DNA of 64,000 nt from positions 128,001-192,000 of the forward strand of contig CAVYIM010000006.1 of NCBI GenBank assembly GCA_963768655.1. The letters are read 5' to 3'. The DNA comes from an uncultured Chloroflexia bacterium (GTDB lineage: Bacteria > Chloroflexota > Limnocylindria > Limnocylindrales > CSP1-4). A program made the translations under genes and the position numbers. Positions 21,254-38,507 of this stretch are shown piece by piece. Position 1 is the first letter of the stretch. The number at the start of each line of letters is the position of its first letter. Below the pieces are notes generated by a model that did not search any database, had not been told where the DNA came from, and was given only the letters and a program-made list of their open reading frames with translations.

Positions 21254-22024
21254 CTAAGTCCGCTTCCTCGCCTTCCAGACCTCTTCGCAGGGCCAGCGGC
21301 GGGCCCAGTCGGCAGTCACATACTTGGCGGGGGCGGCTGAGCCTTCCGGAGCCTGGATCTCGATCAGATCCTGGATCTCGAAGCCGCTCTCGCGCAGCAG
21401 CCTGACCATCTCGCCGTGGGGGATGTTGAACTCCACGGAGTCGTCGTCCGACCATTCGAAGCGATGCATTCCGAACTGGGCGCGAAGAAGCGACTCGACG
21501 GCCGCTGCATCCTCGGCGTCAGGGCTGCAGAGCATGAAGAGCGGGCTGGACTTCAGGAAGTGAAGCCGCCCGCGCGGACGCAGCAGCCGTGCCGCCTCGG
21601 GAATCCAGCGAAATGGATCGGCCCAGGTCGCAGCGCCGTACTCGGAGACGGCGAAGTCGAAGCTGGCGTCGGGCAGGGGCACGGACTCCGCGTTGCCCAG
21701 CAGCAGCGGGAACTCCAGGGCGTGCTCGGCCTGAAGCCGCCGAGCCGTCTCCAGCTGCCCGGGCGAGTTGTCGATCCCGACCGGCCTGGCACCCCGGCGC
21801 GCCAGCCAGGCCGAGACGTACGCGGTGCCACAGCCCAGCTCGATGGCGTCCAGGCCGGCCACGTCCTCGAGCATCCCGAGATCGGCTTCCGGGACGCCCC
21901 AGATGCCCCAGGTCGGTTCATGCAAGGCCCAGTGGCGCTCGCCCGAGGCAGCCCAGTCGGGCGCCCAGCTATCCCACACGGCCCGGTTGCGTTGCGCGTA
22001 GTCGGGCAGCTCGAGGTCGCTCAT
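21254..22024 (-). CDS. Class I SAM-dependent methyltransferase
   Basis: IELGCGTA motif I, GIDNS and GNAESVPLPDASFDFA. Confidence 0.92.
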   Translation of the reverse strand: MSDLELPDYAQRNRAVWDSWAPDWAASGERHWALHEPTWGIWGVPEADLGMLEDVAGLDAIELGCGTAYVSAWLARRGARPVGIDNSPGQLETARRLQAEHALEFPLLLGNAESVPLPDASFDFAVSEYGAATWADPFRWIPEAARLLRPRGRLHFLKSSPLFMLCSPDAEDAAAVESLLRAQFGMHRFEWSDDDSVEFNIPHGEMVRLLRESGFEIQDLIEIQAPEGSAAPAKYVTADWARRWPCEEVWKARKRT

Positions 22025-22053
22025 CGCCCAAGCATCGCACGTGGAGGCGGCGC

Positions 22054-22082
22054 TTGACAGTCCAAGCGGCCCTGGTTAGGCT
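22054..22082 (+). promoter_or_regulatory. Sigma-A type promoter of groESL
   Basis: TTGACA (22054-22059), 17 nt, TAGGCT (22077-22082). Confidence 0.85.
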
Positions 22083-22083
22083 G

Positions 22084-22110
22084 TTAGCACTCTCATTGGT
22101 AGAGTGCTAA
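22084..22110. promoter_or_regulatory. CIRCE element (HrcA operator)
   Basis: Perfect TTAGCACTC-N9-GAGTGCTAA immediately downstream of the promoter. Confidence 0.97.
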
Positions 22111-22290
22111 TGAGTCGGTGAGGTTTCGGAGCGACGTGGCGCTGCCGTGATAGCAGGCCGCCGGCCCGAAGGCCCCGCCGACGGAGCATTCAGTAGGAGC
22201 GGCGGCGTCGACCAATCGGCGCCCCATCAGATCCACATCCAGGAGTCGCGACGGCTGGTACGAGCCGGTCGTCTACAGGAGGATTGCGCG

Positions 22291-22605
22291 TTGGCAACGG
22301 CCACTGCGACCAGCAAGAAGCTTCGGCCCCTCGGCGATCGCGTCGTCATCAAGCCGACCCCTCGCGAAGACATGACCAAGAGCGGCATCGTCCTGCCGGA
22401 CACGGCCAAGGAGAAGCCGCAGGAGGGTCTCATCCTCGCCGCCGGCCCCGGGAAGATTCTCGATGACGGCACGCGAGAAAAGATGGACGTCAAGGAAGGC
22501 GATCGGGTCCTGTACTCGAAGTACGCCGGCACCGAGTTCAAGGTGGACGGCGAGGAGCTCCTCATCGTCAGCCAGAAGGACATCCTGGCCATCGTCGAGC
22601 CGTAG
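22291..22605 (+). CDS. groES: Co-chaperonin GroES (TTG start)
   Basis: LRPLGDRVVIK, TKSGIVLPDTAKEKPQEG and YSKYAGTE motifs; AGGAGG RBS before the TTG. Confidence 0.97.
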   Translation: MATATATSKKLRPLGDRVVIKPTPREDMTKSGIVLPDTAKEKPQEGLILAAGPGKILDDGTREKMDVKEGDRVLYSKYAGTEFKVDGEELLIVSQKDILAIVEP

Positions 22606-22632
22606 CGTCCGTCAGGCGCACGTCGACACTGA

Positions 22633-24315
<1,683 letters not shown>

Positions 24316-24333
24316 CCACTCAGACGGACAGGT

Positions 24334-24368
24334 AAGAGGGCCCCGGGCGTGTAGCCCGGGGCCCTCTT
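24334..24368 (+). terminator. Terminator hairpin after groEL
   Basis: 15-bp stem: aagagggccccgggc-gtgta-gcccggggccctctt. Confidence 0.8.
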
Positions 24369-24472
24369 CCTACAGGGTGAGACAACCGCTCACCAGGCAG
24401 CCGTTCGTTTGACACTTACCTGGGACCCGCTCAGTGTGGCTCCACAAGTCAGGCCCCAGAGGAGGACACATA

Positions 24473-25447
24473 GTGTTCCGCGCCCCCAGACCAGCTCTCT
24501 CCCTGTTGCTCGGTCTCGTAGTCGTCGTTGCCAGCGCGTGTAGCGCCGCCGCCACCACCGCGCCCGGTGGGGGAGGCGGTACTTCCGGCGCACCGACTTC
24601 CGCAGCTTCCGGCGCCCCGACCGCGATGGCATCCGGCGCGCCAACGGCGGCGGCCTCGGCCGCCAACCCTAATGACCCCAATTCGATCATCACGGCCGCC
24701 ATCTCGGGCGGAGAGAAGATCAAGTCGTTCCACATCGACATCGAGGTCAGCGGGACGATCAAGGCGGCGGCCCTCAAGGCCGAGGCTGGCAGCGCAGGCG
24801 CCGGCATCACCAGCGACATCAAGCTCGACGGCACGTCCCTCACGGGCGACGTCGACGTGGCCAACCAGGCTGCCCATCTCACGTTCACGGTGCCGCCGAT
24901 GGCGATGCTTGGCAACGTGCCGCTGACCGGCGACCTGATCCTCAAGAACTCAATCCTCTATTACAAGGTCAGCCTCCTGGGCACCAAGTACACCAAGATG
25001 GACCTTGCTTCCCTGGGCGGCAGCCTCGGGGCCCTGAGCAGCAGTCTCCCGGTCGCAGTCCCGACCGCCGCCGCCTCGACGTTGAACATCACCGATGAGA
25101 TCAATCAGCTCCGGGCGGAGATGAACCAGGCCGGCGTCAAGGTGACGCTGGTCGGCGTGGAGCAGATCGGCGGCCAGGACGCCAACCACCTCAACATATC
25201 GTTCCCGCTTGCAACGCTCAACGCCGAGATCGCCGCCGCGGCGCCGAGCACCGGCCCGGTCCCGACGATCGACTCCGCGTCTCTCGATGTGTGGATCTAC
25301 AAGGCCAACGCTCAGCTGGCCAAGATCGAGCTAAAGGGCGCCTCGTCCACGCTCGGCAACCTCGACGTCGTCGTGACGATCACCAACTACGATGCCCCCG
25401 TCACGATCAAGGCTCCGGCGGCGAGCGAGATCAGCCCCGCCTCGTAA
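24473..25447 (+). CDS. LppX/LprAFG-like lipoprotein 1
   Basis: GGAGG RBS plus GTG, lipobox ASAC, beta-rich body (KSFHIDIEVSG...GDVDV...LYYK...DVWIYK) and a YDAPVTIKAP terminus. Confidence 0.75.
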   Translation: MFRAPRPALSLLLGLVVVVASACSAAATTAPGGGGGTSGAPTSAASGAPTAMASGAPTAAASAANPNDPNSIITAAISGGEKIKSFHIDIEVSGTIKAAALKAEAGSAGAGITSDIKLDGTSLTGDVDVANQAAHLTFTVPPMAMLGNVPLTGDLILKNSILYYKVSLLGTKYTKMDLASLGGSLGALSSSLPVAVPTAAASTLNITDEINQLRAEMNQAGVKVTLVGVEQIGGQDANHLNISFPLATLNAEIAAAAPSTGPVPTIDSASLDVWIYKANAQLAKIELKGASSTLGNLDVVVTITNYDAPVTIKAPAASEISPAS

Positions 25448-25658
25448 CCGACCACGCCCGGGGCGCGCCCGGGCCGATGATGGCCACCGGGCCTGACAGC
25501 TTACCGAAACCCCGGGTCACACCGGGGTTTCGGCGTTCCTGGACTTCGGCCGGTGGCAGGCGCCGGCCGGCCGCTCGCCGACGCGGGCCGGGGTCATTTG
25601 ACACGACTCCCTCGGGCCAGCAGTCTCTCCCTGCACACGCACACAGGGAGGGTGAGTC

Positions 25659-26486
25659 GTGATCCGTGTTCCAAGGCCGGGGCTGGTCTTCGTCGCGCTC
25701 GCAGGCGCCGTCATCGCCGGCGGCTGCGGCGGCAGCTCCGGCACTCCAGCGGCCCCGCCGATCAGCGATCCGAACGTCGTCATCACCAGGTCCGTTGGCG
25801 CGGTGCCGGCGGTCACGTCGGTCCACGTCAAGGTCGAGGTCGGCGGCAAGGTGAACGCCGGCGCTCTGTCGGGCTCGGGCTCCGGCGGATTCGGTCTGAG
25901 TGGCAACTTGGATCTCACCGGGACGACGGCCGAGGGCGATGTTGACGTAGTCAATCAGGCCACCGACCTCAAGATCACGCTACCCAGCCCGCTCGGTAGC
26001 GGCGAGGTCATCGTCGTTGAGGGCAACCTGTACTACGAGTTCAGCCTGTATGGCGGCAAGTTCAGCGAAACCAAGCTCAGCGACGCCGTGCCGATGAGCA
26101 TCCCGAGCCCGGGTGCCGTGGCCAGCGTTGACCCGTCCGCGGCGATGGCCGCGCTGACCAAGGCCCTGGACGACGCGGGTGCCAGGGCGACTCTCATGGC
26201 CGACGACAAAGTCGCCGGCAAAGACGTGTACCACGTCTCGGTGTCGATCCCGGTCGACAAGATCAACGCCCTGCTCGCCGCCGAGGGCGGTTCTGCCACG
26301 GCAGGCATGAAGCTCGACAGCGCGTCCTTCGACTACTGGGTGTACAAGGACAGCGTGCTGCCTGCCAAATTCGAGATCAAGGGCGACGCCGGGACGTTGG
26401 GCAGCCTCGACGTCGTCGTGACTTTGACCGGTTACAACGAGGCTGTGAACATCAAGGCCCCCGCGGCGAGCGACATCGGGGCCTGA
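25659..26486 (+). CDS. LppX/LprAFG-like lipoprotein 2
   Basis: Lipobox AGGC; SVHVKV, GDVDV, YWVYK and YNEAVNIKAP, paralogous to lipoprotein 1. Confidence 0.78.
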   Translation: MIRVPRPGLVFVALAGAVIAGGCGGSSGTPAAPPISDPNVVITRSVGAVPAVTSVHVKVEVGGKVNAGALSGSGSGGFGLSGNLDLTGTTAEGDVDVVNQATDLKITLPSPLGSGEVIVVEGNLYYEFSLYGGKFSETKLSDAVPMSIPSPGAVASVDPSAAMAALTKALDDAGARATLMADDKVAGKDVYHVSVSIPVDKINALLAAEGGSATAGMKLDSASFDYWVYKDSVLPAKFEIKGDAGTLGSLDVVVTLTGYNEAVNIKAPAASDIGA

Positions 26487-26663
26487 AGACGGCGGGCGCG
26501 CCCGCCCCAGTCGGCCTGGATCCCTGGGCCGGCCCGGGGTCTCGTCCTCGGATGCTCAGTGGCGCGATTTCGATCGGTTCCGGGGCGCTTCAGCGAGTCC
26601 ATCCTGCGCGACTTGCGGGGAGGCGATAGAGTCATGCGTCGGCGCCCCGACAGGAGGATTTAC

Positions 26664-27710
26664 GTGTTTCTTCGCAGGTCTATCGCAACCGCGGCCAGCG
26701 GCCTGGTCGTGATTGTCGCGCTCGTTGCCGGCTGCAGCTCCAGCACGCCGTCGCTGTCTGACCCGCACAAGATCCTGGACAACATGGTCAACGCGATGGC
26801 GGGCGTCAAGTCCGTTCATTTCGAGCTGACGGCCCTTGGGCAGATGCAACTCGGCGTTACGCCCACGGCAGGCCCCACGGACACGAGCTCGCCCACGGAC
26901 ACGAGCTCGCCCACGGACACGAGCTCGCCGGCTGCGTCCGAAAGCCCAAGCGCCGTCGCTTCGGCAACGGCTTCGGCCAGCGTTACGGCTTCGGCCAGCG
27001 GGTCCGCGGCGGCAAGCGGTTCGCCCGCGGCGAGCCTCACGCCGGTTCCGACCGCGACGCCCGCGCCCACTCCGACGCCGGTGCCCACTCCGACGCCGGT
27101 GCCCACTCCGACGCCGGTGCCCACTCCGACGCCGGGGCCCTTTACGATTCCGCTCGATGGCACGACGGCCAGCGGCGACATCGATCAGGCCAATGCCGCC
27201 GCCCACATCACGGGCACGGTGCCGGGGATTCCGGACTTCGCCGGAGAGATCATCGTGGTCGGCGGCAACGCGTACCTGCGGGCTCCGGGCCAGAACATCT
27301 ACTCGACTGAGGCCGCCAGCAGCCTCCCTCTCGATCCCTCGAGCGGCCTCCTGTCGGAGTTCCAGACGATCCTGACCACCGCCGACAACAAGGACCTGAA
27401 TCCCAAGCTGATCGGGATCGAAGCGAGGCCGGGAGGCTCGTGCTATCACATCCAGGTCCAGGCCACGCCCGATCTCGTCTACAACGTGATGGACCTCACC
27501 GGCCAGGGTGTCGGGTACGCCATCGCGGACATATGGATCTATCAGAGCAGCTTCCTCGTCGAGCACATCGAGCTGCACACGAGCGACCCCGTGGCCGGCT
27601 CGGCGGCGATCCGCCTGGTCCTGTCCGAGTACAACAGCGTCGCCCCGATCGAGGCCCCGGCCGCGGGCCAGTTCGACCCGTCCGGGCTCTCCGCTCCGGC
27701 TGCCACGTAA
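26664..27710 (+). CDS. LppX/LprAFG-like lipoprotein 3 with an internal Ser/Thr/Pro repeat insertion
   Basis: AGGAGG RBS plus GTG, lipobox VAGC, KSVHFEL, GDID, IWIYQ and YNSVAPIEAP. Confidence 0.75.
   Translation: MFLRRSIATAASGLVVIVALVAGCSSSTPSLSDPHKILDNMVNAMAGVKSVHFELTALGQMQLGVTPTAGPTDTSSPTDTSSPTDTSSPAASESPSAVASATASASVTASASGSAAASGSPAASLTPVPTATPAPTPTPVPTPTPVPTPTPVPTPTPGPFTIPLDGTTASGDIDQANAAAHITGTVPGIPDFAGEIIVVGGNAYLRAPGQNIYSTEAASSLPLDPSSGLLSEFQTILTTADNKDLNPKLIGIEARPGGSCYHIQVQATPDLVYNVMDLTGQGVGYAIADIWIYQSSFLVEHIELHTSDPVAGSAAIRLVLSEYNSVAPIEAPAAGQFDPSGLSAPAAT
26874..26927 (+). repeat. 3 x 18-bp exact tandem repeat (PTDTSS)
   Basis: cccacggacacgagctcg x3. Confidence 0.92.
27065..27135 (+). repeat. 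~4 x 18-bp tandem repeat (PTPTPV)
   Basis: gcccactccgacgccggt x3 plus 17 bp. Confidence 0.92.
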
Positions 27711-27788
27711 CCCCGCCGGACGATCGGGCCCCGGCGCTTTCCGGGCGCCGGTAAGCCGGCGCCATTCGGCCGCTTCTACAATCTCGGA

Positions 27789-30566
<2,778 letters not shown>

Positions 30567-30688
30567 CCGGCGCCAGTGGCCGAAATCGCAAGACCCATCG
30601 CCCGGCGGGCCGGTACCATGGGTCGGCCATCGGCCGGGACGCTTCAGTCGGCCTCAAGCAATCGAATCCAGGTAGGACACACACGAAG

Positions 30689-31249
30689 ATGACAAAGTCG
30701 AACGTATCGCGATCCAGCCGCGTCAAGGTTGGCGGCAAGAACTCCGTTGAGCCGTGCGCCTGCTGCGGCATCGCCCCGGACCCGCGCGGCCGCCCGCTTT
30801 CGATCACCTTCGAGCAGCCGGATGTGTTCGACCAGATTCACCCCGCGCTTCTTGAAACCTGGGGCGGCGACCCCTTCCTTGCGATCAAGAACGTCGGCTT
30901 CTTCCTTCGGGTCATCCTGCCGGTGAAGCTGGACGGCGGCTTCGCGATCGATTTCGGGACCTGGCTGGAGATCGACAACGAGGATTTCCGGACGGCCTGG
31001 CAGACCTGGAACTTCCCAGAGTACAAGGATCTCGAGATCGAAGGCTACGTGGCCAACCAGATCGCGCCGTTCGACAGGTTCGCGCACGCGCTGGCCAAGG
31101 TGACCGTTCGAGAGCCGGAACAGGTCCCGTACCTGACGAGCAGCGAAGACGAGGCCTTCACGAAGCTGCTGACCGATACCTGGCCGCACGCGAAGGTGCT
31201 CGCGCCCTACGCGGATCTGCTGAAGTCGGAGCTCCCGCTCGAGGGCTGA
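30689..31249 (+). CDS. DUF2199-like protein
   Basis: CACCG...F.QPD, FFLRVILPV..FGTWLEI...F...W pattern recalled for DUF2199. Confidence 0.65.
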   Translation: MTKSNVSRSSRVKVGGKNSVEPCACCGIAPDPRGRPLSITFEQPDVFDQIHPALLETWGGDPFLAIKNVGFFLRVILPVKLDGGFAIDFGTWLEIDNEDFRTAWQTWNFPEYKDLEIEGYVANQIAPFDRFAHALAKVTVREPEQVPYLTSSEDEAFTKLLTDTWPHAKVLAPYADLLKSELPLEG

Positions 31250-31310
31250 CCTCGACGTCGGTCGCCGTTCCGAGGCCGGCCGCGCCCGCGGCGCGCGATA
31301 CGATCACATC

Positions 31311-34306
<2,996 letters not shown>

Positions 34307-34737
34307 CCGCGTACGTCGCCGAAGAGAAGCCTCGGACGTCCAGCGGCGTCGATCGCTCGGGAGGGAGTGGCATGGTCCTTCGCCGCTGCAGCCCTGCTGG
34401 CTTCGGCCTGCCCGGCTCCACCGGGCCCGCGTCACCGGGGATGAGCAACGCCACCGCGGCAACGTCCATGCCGCAGCCGGCAAGCCGGCGGGCCTGAAAC
34501 CGCCAGATACGCCGGGTGGAAGTGCAAGACGCAGTTGGCGCGGTCATTCCACCTGGCTGCTCGTTCTGCGCGCTCGATCCACGCTCAGCGAGGCGGTCGA
34601 ACCGCGATTCCTGGCGAGGCCGGGCCCGAAACTGGCGTCCACTGCTCCTGGGACGCGTATTCGAAAGAGACCCGGCAGTCTCGGCCGCCCATGTTTGCGT
34701 GCCGGACCGAGCCGACCGCGTCACGCGCCCGTCGCGC

Positions 34738-35577
34738 TCAGCCCATGGCCGAGTTGATCTGGCCCCAGATCCAGGCGGGGCGCCACGGGACGTCAGGTCC
34801 CAGCAGCATCCGCGGCGCGACCCAGTGCGGGCGCCAACCACGCGCCTCCAGCTCGCGCCGCCCAGCGGCGTTCTCCTCGGGAATGCCGGCCCTGGCGTAG
34901 CCGTCGGGCGGCGCGAGGTGGCGGTGCAGCTCGAGCAGGTAAAGCCCGTCCTCGAGCCTGGGCGCGATGATTGCCGCGAAGGCGCGGTCAGACGGAAGCA
35001 GGAAACCGCGCATCCCCGGCACGTCATCGAGCACCCAGCCGCCCGCCTTCGAGAGCTCGGCCAGTACCGGGCGGCGGTCTTCGGCCGTGGCGAGCCTGTC
35101 GAGCTCGAAGACGCGGGGCAGATCGTCCGGCGTCATCGGCCGGAGGCGCGCACCAGCAGGCGGCTCGGGCTCGCGGCCCAGGTGGTCGCCGTCCATCTCG
35201 TGGTAGTGGGTCACCAGCCGAAAGCCCAGCCGCTCGTACAGCGGGCGGCCCGCCGCCGTGGCAACGAGCGAGAGGGTCGCGCAGCCGGCGTCCCGTAGCC
35301 TCCGGCACAGCTCCTCCGTCATCGCCCGTCCGTACCCGCGGCCTCGCACCGGCTCGTCAACGACCACGGCTCCGAGCCACCCGACGGTGCCACTCGCGGT
35401 CGCCAGGCCGGTCGCGACCACACGGCGGTCGATGGTGCCCACCAGCGGCTGGCATGAGGGCGTGCGCAGGACGATATGGTAGAAGTGACGCCGGTCCCGC
35501 CATCCCTGGGCGAGTGCCAGGGCCACGGCCGCGTCGATGTCGGCCTCGGTCATGGCCCGGATCTGGAAGCCGCTCAT
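34738..35577 (-). CDS. GNAT family acetyltransferase (two-domain)
   Basis: VVVDEPVRGRGYGR acetyl-CoA motif and GRPLYERLGF. Confidence 0.9.
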   Translation of the reverse strand: MSGFQIRAMTEADIDAAVALALAQGWRDRRHFYHIVLRTPSCQPLVGTIDRRVVATGLATASGTVGWLGAVVVDEPVRGRGYGRAMTEELCRRLRDAGCATLSLVATAAGRPLYERLGFRLVTHYHEMDGDHLGREPEPPAGARLRPMTPDDLPRVFELDRLATAEDRRPVLAELSKAGGWVLDDVPGMRGFLLPSDRAFAAIIAPRLEDGLYLLELHRHLAPPDGYARAGIPEENAAGRRELEARGWRPHWVAPRMLLGPDVPWRPAWIWGQINSAMG

Positions 35578-35592
35578 GGGCGCACGCCTCCC

Positions 35593-36438
35593 TCAGCCGA
35601 ACGCGAATCCGAGCAGGCTCCAGATGAGCGTCGGTCGCCAGGCAGGCGCCGGGCCGCGCAGCATCCGGGGCGTCTCGAAAGCGGGCGTCCATCCCCACTG
35701 TGCCAGCAGGCGGCGTCCTGCAGGATGCCCGCTCGCCGCAGCGGCCCGAACGACCTGCGTCCGCCCGTTCGCGAGGTAGCGGAGCAGGTCGAGCAGGCAG
35801 GCTGCGTCGGCGGGATCCGGGGCAACCAGGGCGGCCGACTCGGCCTGGATCGACACCAGGAATCCGAGCACCTCCGCGCCGGCCCCTGTTTCGAGGAGCC
35901 AGCCCCGATCTGCGAGAGCGCCCAGGAGCGCGCGGCGGTCCTCGCCGGTCGCTCGGAAGTCCAGCGCGCCGACCCGGTCGACGTCGGCCAGTCGCATGCG
36001 TCGCAGCACCGTGCCTGGGGGAGGCGTGGGCGCCGCGCCAAGTGGTGCCGCTTCGTGGATCTGATACATGGCGTCGATGCGGAAGCCCATCTTCTCGTAG
36101 ATCGGCCGGCCCAGGTCCGAGGCGATCAGCGCGAGGGTTCGGCACCCGGCCGATTCGAGGGCCCCGCACACGTGTTCGGTCATCGCGCGGCCCAGGCCCT
36201 GCCGCCGCAGGCGCGCGTCCACGAAGATGGACCCTACCCAGCCCACCGGCCCGTTCACCACGCCCTGGCCGGTGGCCACGACACTGCCGTCCATCGTCCC
36301 GACCAGCGGCTGGCAGTTTGGGGTGGCCAGCATGAGCTCGAGGAACGGGCGCCGATCGTCCCAGCCGCCGGAGTGCAGCAACTCCACTGCCGGGCCGATG
36401 TCGGCGGCGGTCATGTCGCGGATCTCGAAGGCGGTCAT
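35593..36438 (-). CDS. GNAT family acetyltransferase, tandem paralog of the previous gene
   Basis: FVDARLRRQGLGR and GRPIYEKMGF; colinear similarity with 34738-35577. Confidence 0.9.
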   Translation of the reverse strand: MTAFEIRDMTAADIGPAVELLHSGGWDDRRPFLELMLATPNCQPLVGTMDGSVVATGQGVVNGPVGWVGSIFVDARLRRQGLGRAMTEHVCGALESAGCRTLALIASDLGRPIYEKMGFRIDAMYQIHEAAPLGAAPTPPPGTVLRRMRLADVDRVGALDFRATGEDRRALLGALADRGWLLETGAGAEVLGFLVSIQAESAALVAPDPADAACLLDLLRYLANGRTQVVRAAAASGHPAGRRLLAQWGWTPAFETPRMLRGPAPAWRPTLIWSLLGFAFG

Positions 36439-36577
36439 CGATCCCTCGGGTTCGTACTCGGGAGAGCACAACTGTACGATGGGCGAGCGATCCGTGACGC
36501 CCCGGCACAGACTCGCAAGCCGCTCCGGCCGGACCTCGGGTCGCTGAGGTGGTGTTCGGTCCGGTATCATCCCCGCC

Positions 36578-36883
36578 ATGGCCACGCTGTCCCGTGCCGA
36601 CGTAGAGCACGTAGCCCACCTGGCGCGCCTCGGTCTGACCGAGGAGGAGTTGGCGCGCCTGGAAGGGCAGCTCAACCACATCCTCGACCAGTACGCCATC
36701 CTCACCACGCTCGACACGGAGCACATCCCGCCCACGGCCCAGACGATCGAGCTGGCGAACATCCTGCGCGAGGATGCCGTCGCCCCGTCGCTGACCGCGG
36801 ACGAGGCCCTGGCCAACGCCCCTGAGCGCAGCGGCGACCACTTCGTCGTGCCGGCGATCCTCGGCGGCGGAGGGGGCGCGTAG
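36578..36883 (+). CDS. gatC: Asp/Glu-tRNA amidotransferase subunit C
   Basis: VEHVAHLARL, LRED and ALANAP..FVVP motifs. Confidence 0.96.
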   Translation: MATLSRADVEHVAHLARLGLTEEELARLEGQLNHILDQYAILTTLDTEHIPPTAQTIELANILREDAVAPSLTADEALANAPERSGDHFVVPAILGGGGGA

Positions 36884-36886
36884 GCC

Positions 36887-38497
36887 ATGGCCGATCTCAC
36901 CCGCCTCCACGCCCATGAGATGGCGCGCCTGCTGCGTCGCGGCGAGGTCAGCTCGCGAGCGCTGACCGAAGCACACCTGGCGGCCGCCGAGCGGCAGAAT
37001 CATGCCCTCAACGCCTGGTTGGCGATCTACCGCGCCGACGCCCTTGCCGGGGCCGACGCCGCCGACCGGCGCCTGGCCGAGGCGCGCCGCGCCGGCCCCG
37101 CCGCTCTCGCCGCCCTGCATCCGCTTTGCGGCGTGCCGGTGGGACTCAAGGACCTCGTCTCGGTCAAGGGCGGCCAGGCCACGGCCGGCTCGAAGATCCT
37201 GGCTGGCTACATCGCCCCGTTCGACTCCACGGTCACCGCCCGCCTGCGCGAGGCCGGCGCGGTGATCCTGGGCAAGACCAACATGGACGAGTTCGCCATG
37301 GGCTCGTCCACGGAGCACTCCGCCTACGGTCCGGCGGCAAATCCCTGGGACCTGACGCGCGTCCCGGGCGGCAGCTCGGGTGGCTCGGCGGCGGTCGTCG
37401 CCGCGTACCACACGCCACTCGCCATCGGCACGGACACGGGCGGCAGCATCCGCCAGCCGGCGTCGTTGTGCGGCATCGTCGGGCTCAAGCCCACCTACGG
37501 CCGCGTCAGCCGCTTCGGCATCGTCGCCTACGCCAGCTCGCTCGACCAGATCGGGCCGCTCGCCCGCGATGCCCGCGACGCCGCCCTGCTGCTGCACGCC
37601 GTATCCGGCCGCGACGAGCGCGACGCCACGTCGGCGCCCGAGCCGGTGCCCCATGAGCTGCTGGCCCTTCCCGACGGCGACGACGAGGCGGCTGCCTACC
37701 TGCGCGGCCGCCGCATAGCCCTGCCCCGCGAATACTTCGTCGAGGGCGTGGAGCCCGGTGTCGCCGCCCGCGTTCGCGAGGCCGTGGCCGCCATGGAGCA
37801 GGCCGGCGCGAACGTCGAAGAGGTCTCGCTGCCTCACACGGACTACGGCCTGGCCGCGTACTACATCATCGCCCCGGCCGAGTGCAGCTCCAACCTGGCC
37901 CGCTTCGACGGCGTCAGGTACGGGCTCGCGGACCGGAGCTCGGGTGAGTTCATCGCCGATTACCTGCGTACGAGAGGCGCCGGTTTCGGGCCCGAGGTCA
38001 AGCGCCGCATCATGCTCGGCACCTATGCCCTTTCGGCCGGCTACTACGACGCGTACTACCTGAAGGCGCAGAAAGTGCGGACTCTCATCAAGGCGGACTT
38101 CGACGCGGTCTGGGCGGCCGGCTTCGACGCGATCTGCGCGCCGACGAGCCCCACCGTCGCCTTCCCGTTGGGCGCCAAGCTGGCGGATCCGGTGGCGATG
38201 TATCTCCTTGACGTCTGCACCCTTCCGATCAACATGGCCGGTCTGCCGGGAGTGTCGATCCCGGCCGGTCTCTCGGACGGTCTCCCGGTCGGCCTGCAGA
38301 TCGTCGGGGCGCCGTGGACCGAACTGCCGATGCTTCGTCTGGCCCGCGCGTACGAGGCGATCACGGCCAGAGCAACCTGGCGGGCCATCGAGCCCGCCGA
38401 GCTGCACCTGACCGACGATCCGACCACGCCCAGCCCGGTCGAGCGGATGCGGCGCAACGTAGACGCCACCGCCACGGGTTCGGGCGGCCAAGCCTGA
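36887..38497 (+). CDS. gatA: Asp/Glu-tRNA amidotransferase subunit A
   Basis: [35 protein letters not shown] and [22 protein letters not shown] motifs. Confidence 0.97.
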   Translation: MADLTRLHAHEMARLLRRGEVSSRALTEAHLAAAERQNHALNAWLAIYRADALAGADAADRRLAEARRAGPAALAALHPLCGVPVGLKDLVSVKGGQATAGSKILAGYIAPFDSTVTARLREAGAVILGKTNMDEFAMGSSTEHSAYGPAANPWDLTRVPGGSSGGSAAVVAAYHTPLAIGTDTGGSIRQPASLCGIVGLKPTYGRVSRFGIVAYASSLDQIGPLARDARDAALLLHAVSGRDERDATSAPEPVPHELLALPDGDDEAAAYLRGRRIALPREYFVEGVEPGVAARVREAVAAMEQAGANVEEVSLPHTDYGLAAYYIIAPAECSSNLARFDGVRYGLADRSSGEFIADYLRTRGAGFGPEVKRRIMLGTYALSAGYYDAYYLKAQKVRTLIKADFDAVWAAGFDAICAPTSPTVAFPLGAKLADPVAMYLLDVCTLPINMAGLPGVSIPAGLSDGLPVGLQIVGAPWTELPMLRLARAYEAITARATWRAIEPAELHLTDDPTTPSPVERMRRNVDATATGSGGQA

Positions 38498-38507
38498 GGA
38501 CGCACCG

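Noticed and set aside
26874-27135. Short direct repeats as a CRISPR array (also 31538-31596, 43782-43823 and 44347-44388)
   Set aside because: The units are contiguous with no spacers, mostly in-frame within proteins, and no cas genes are present.
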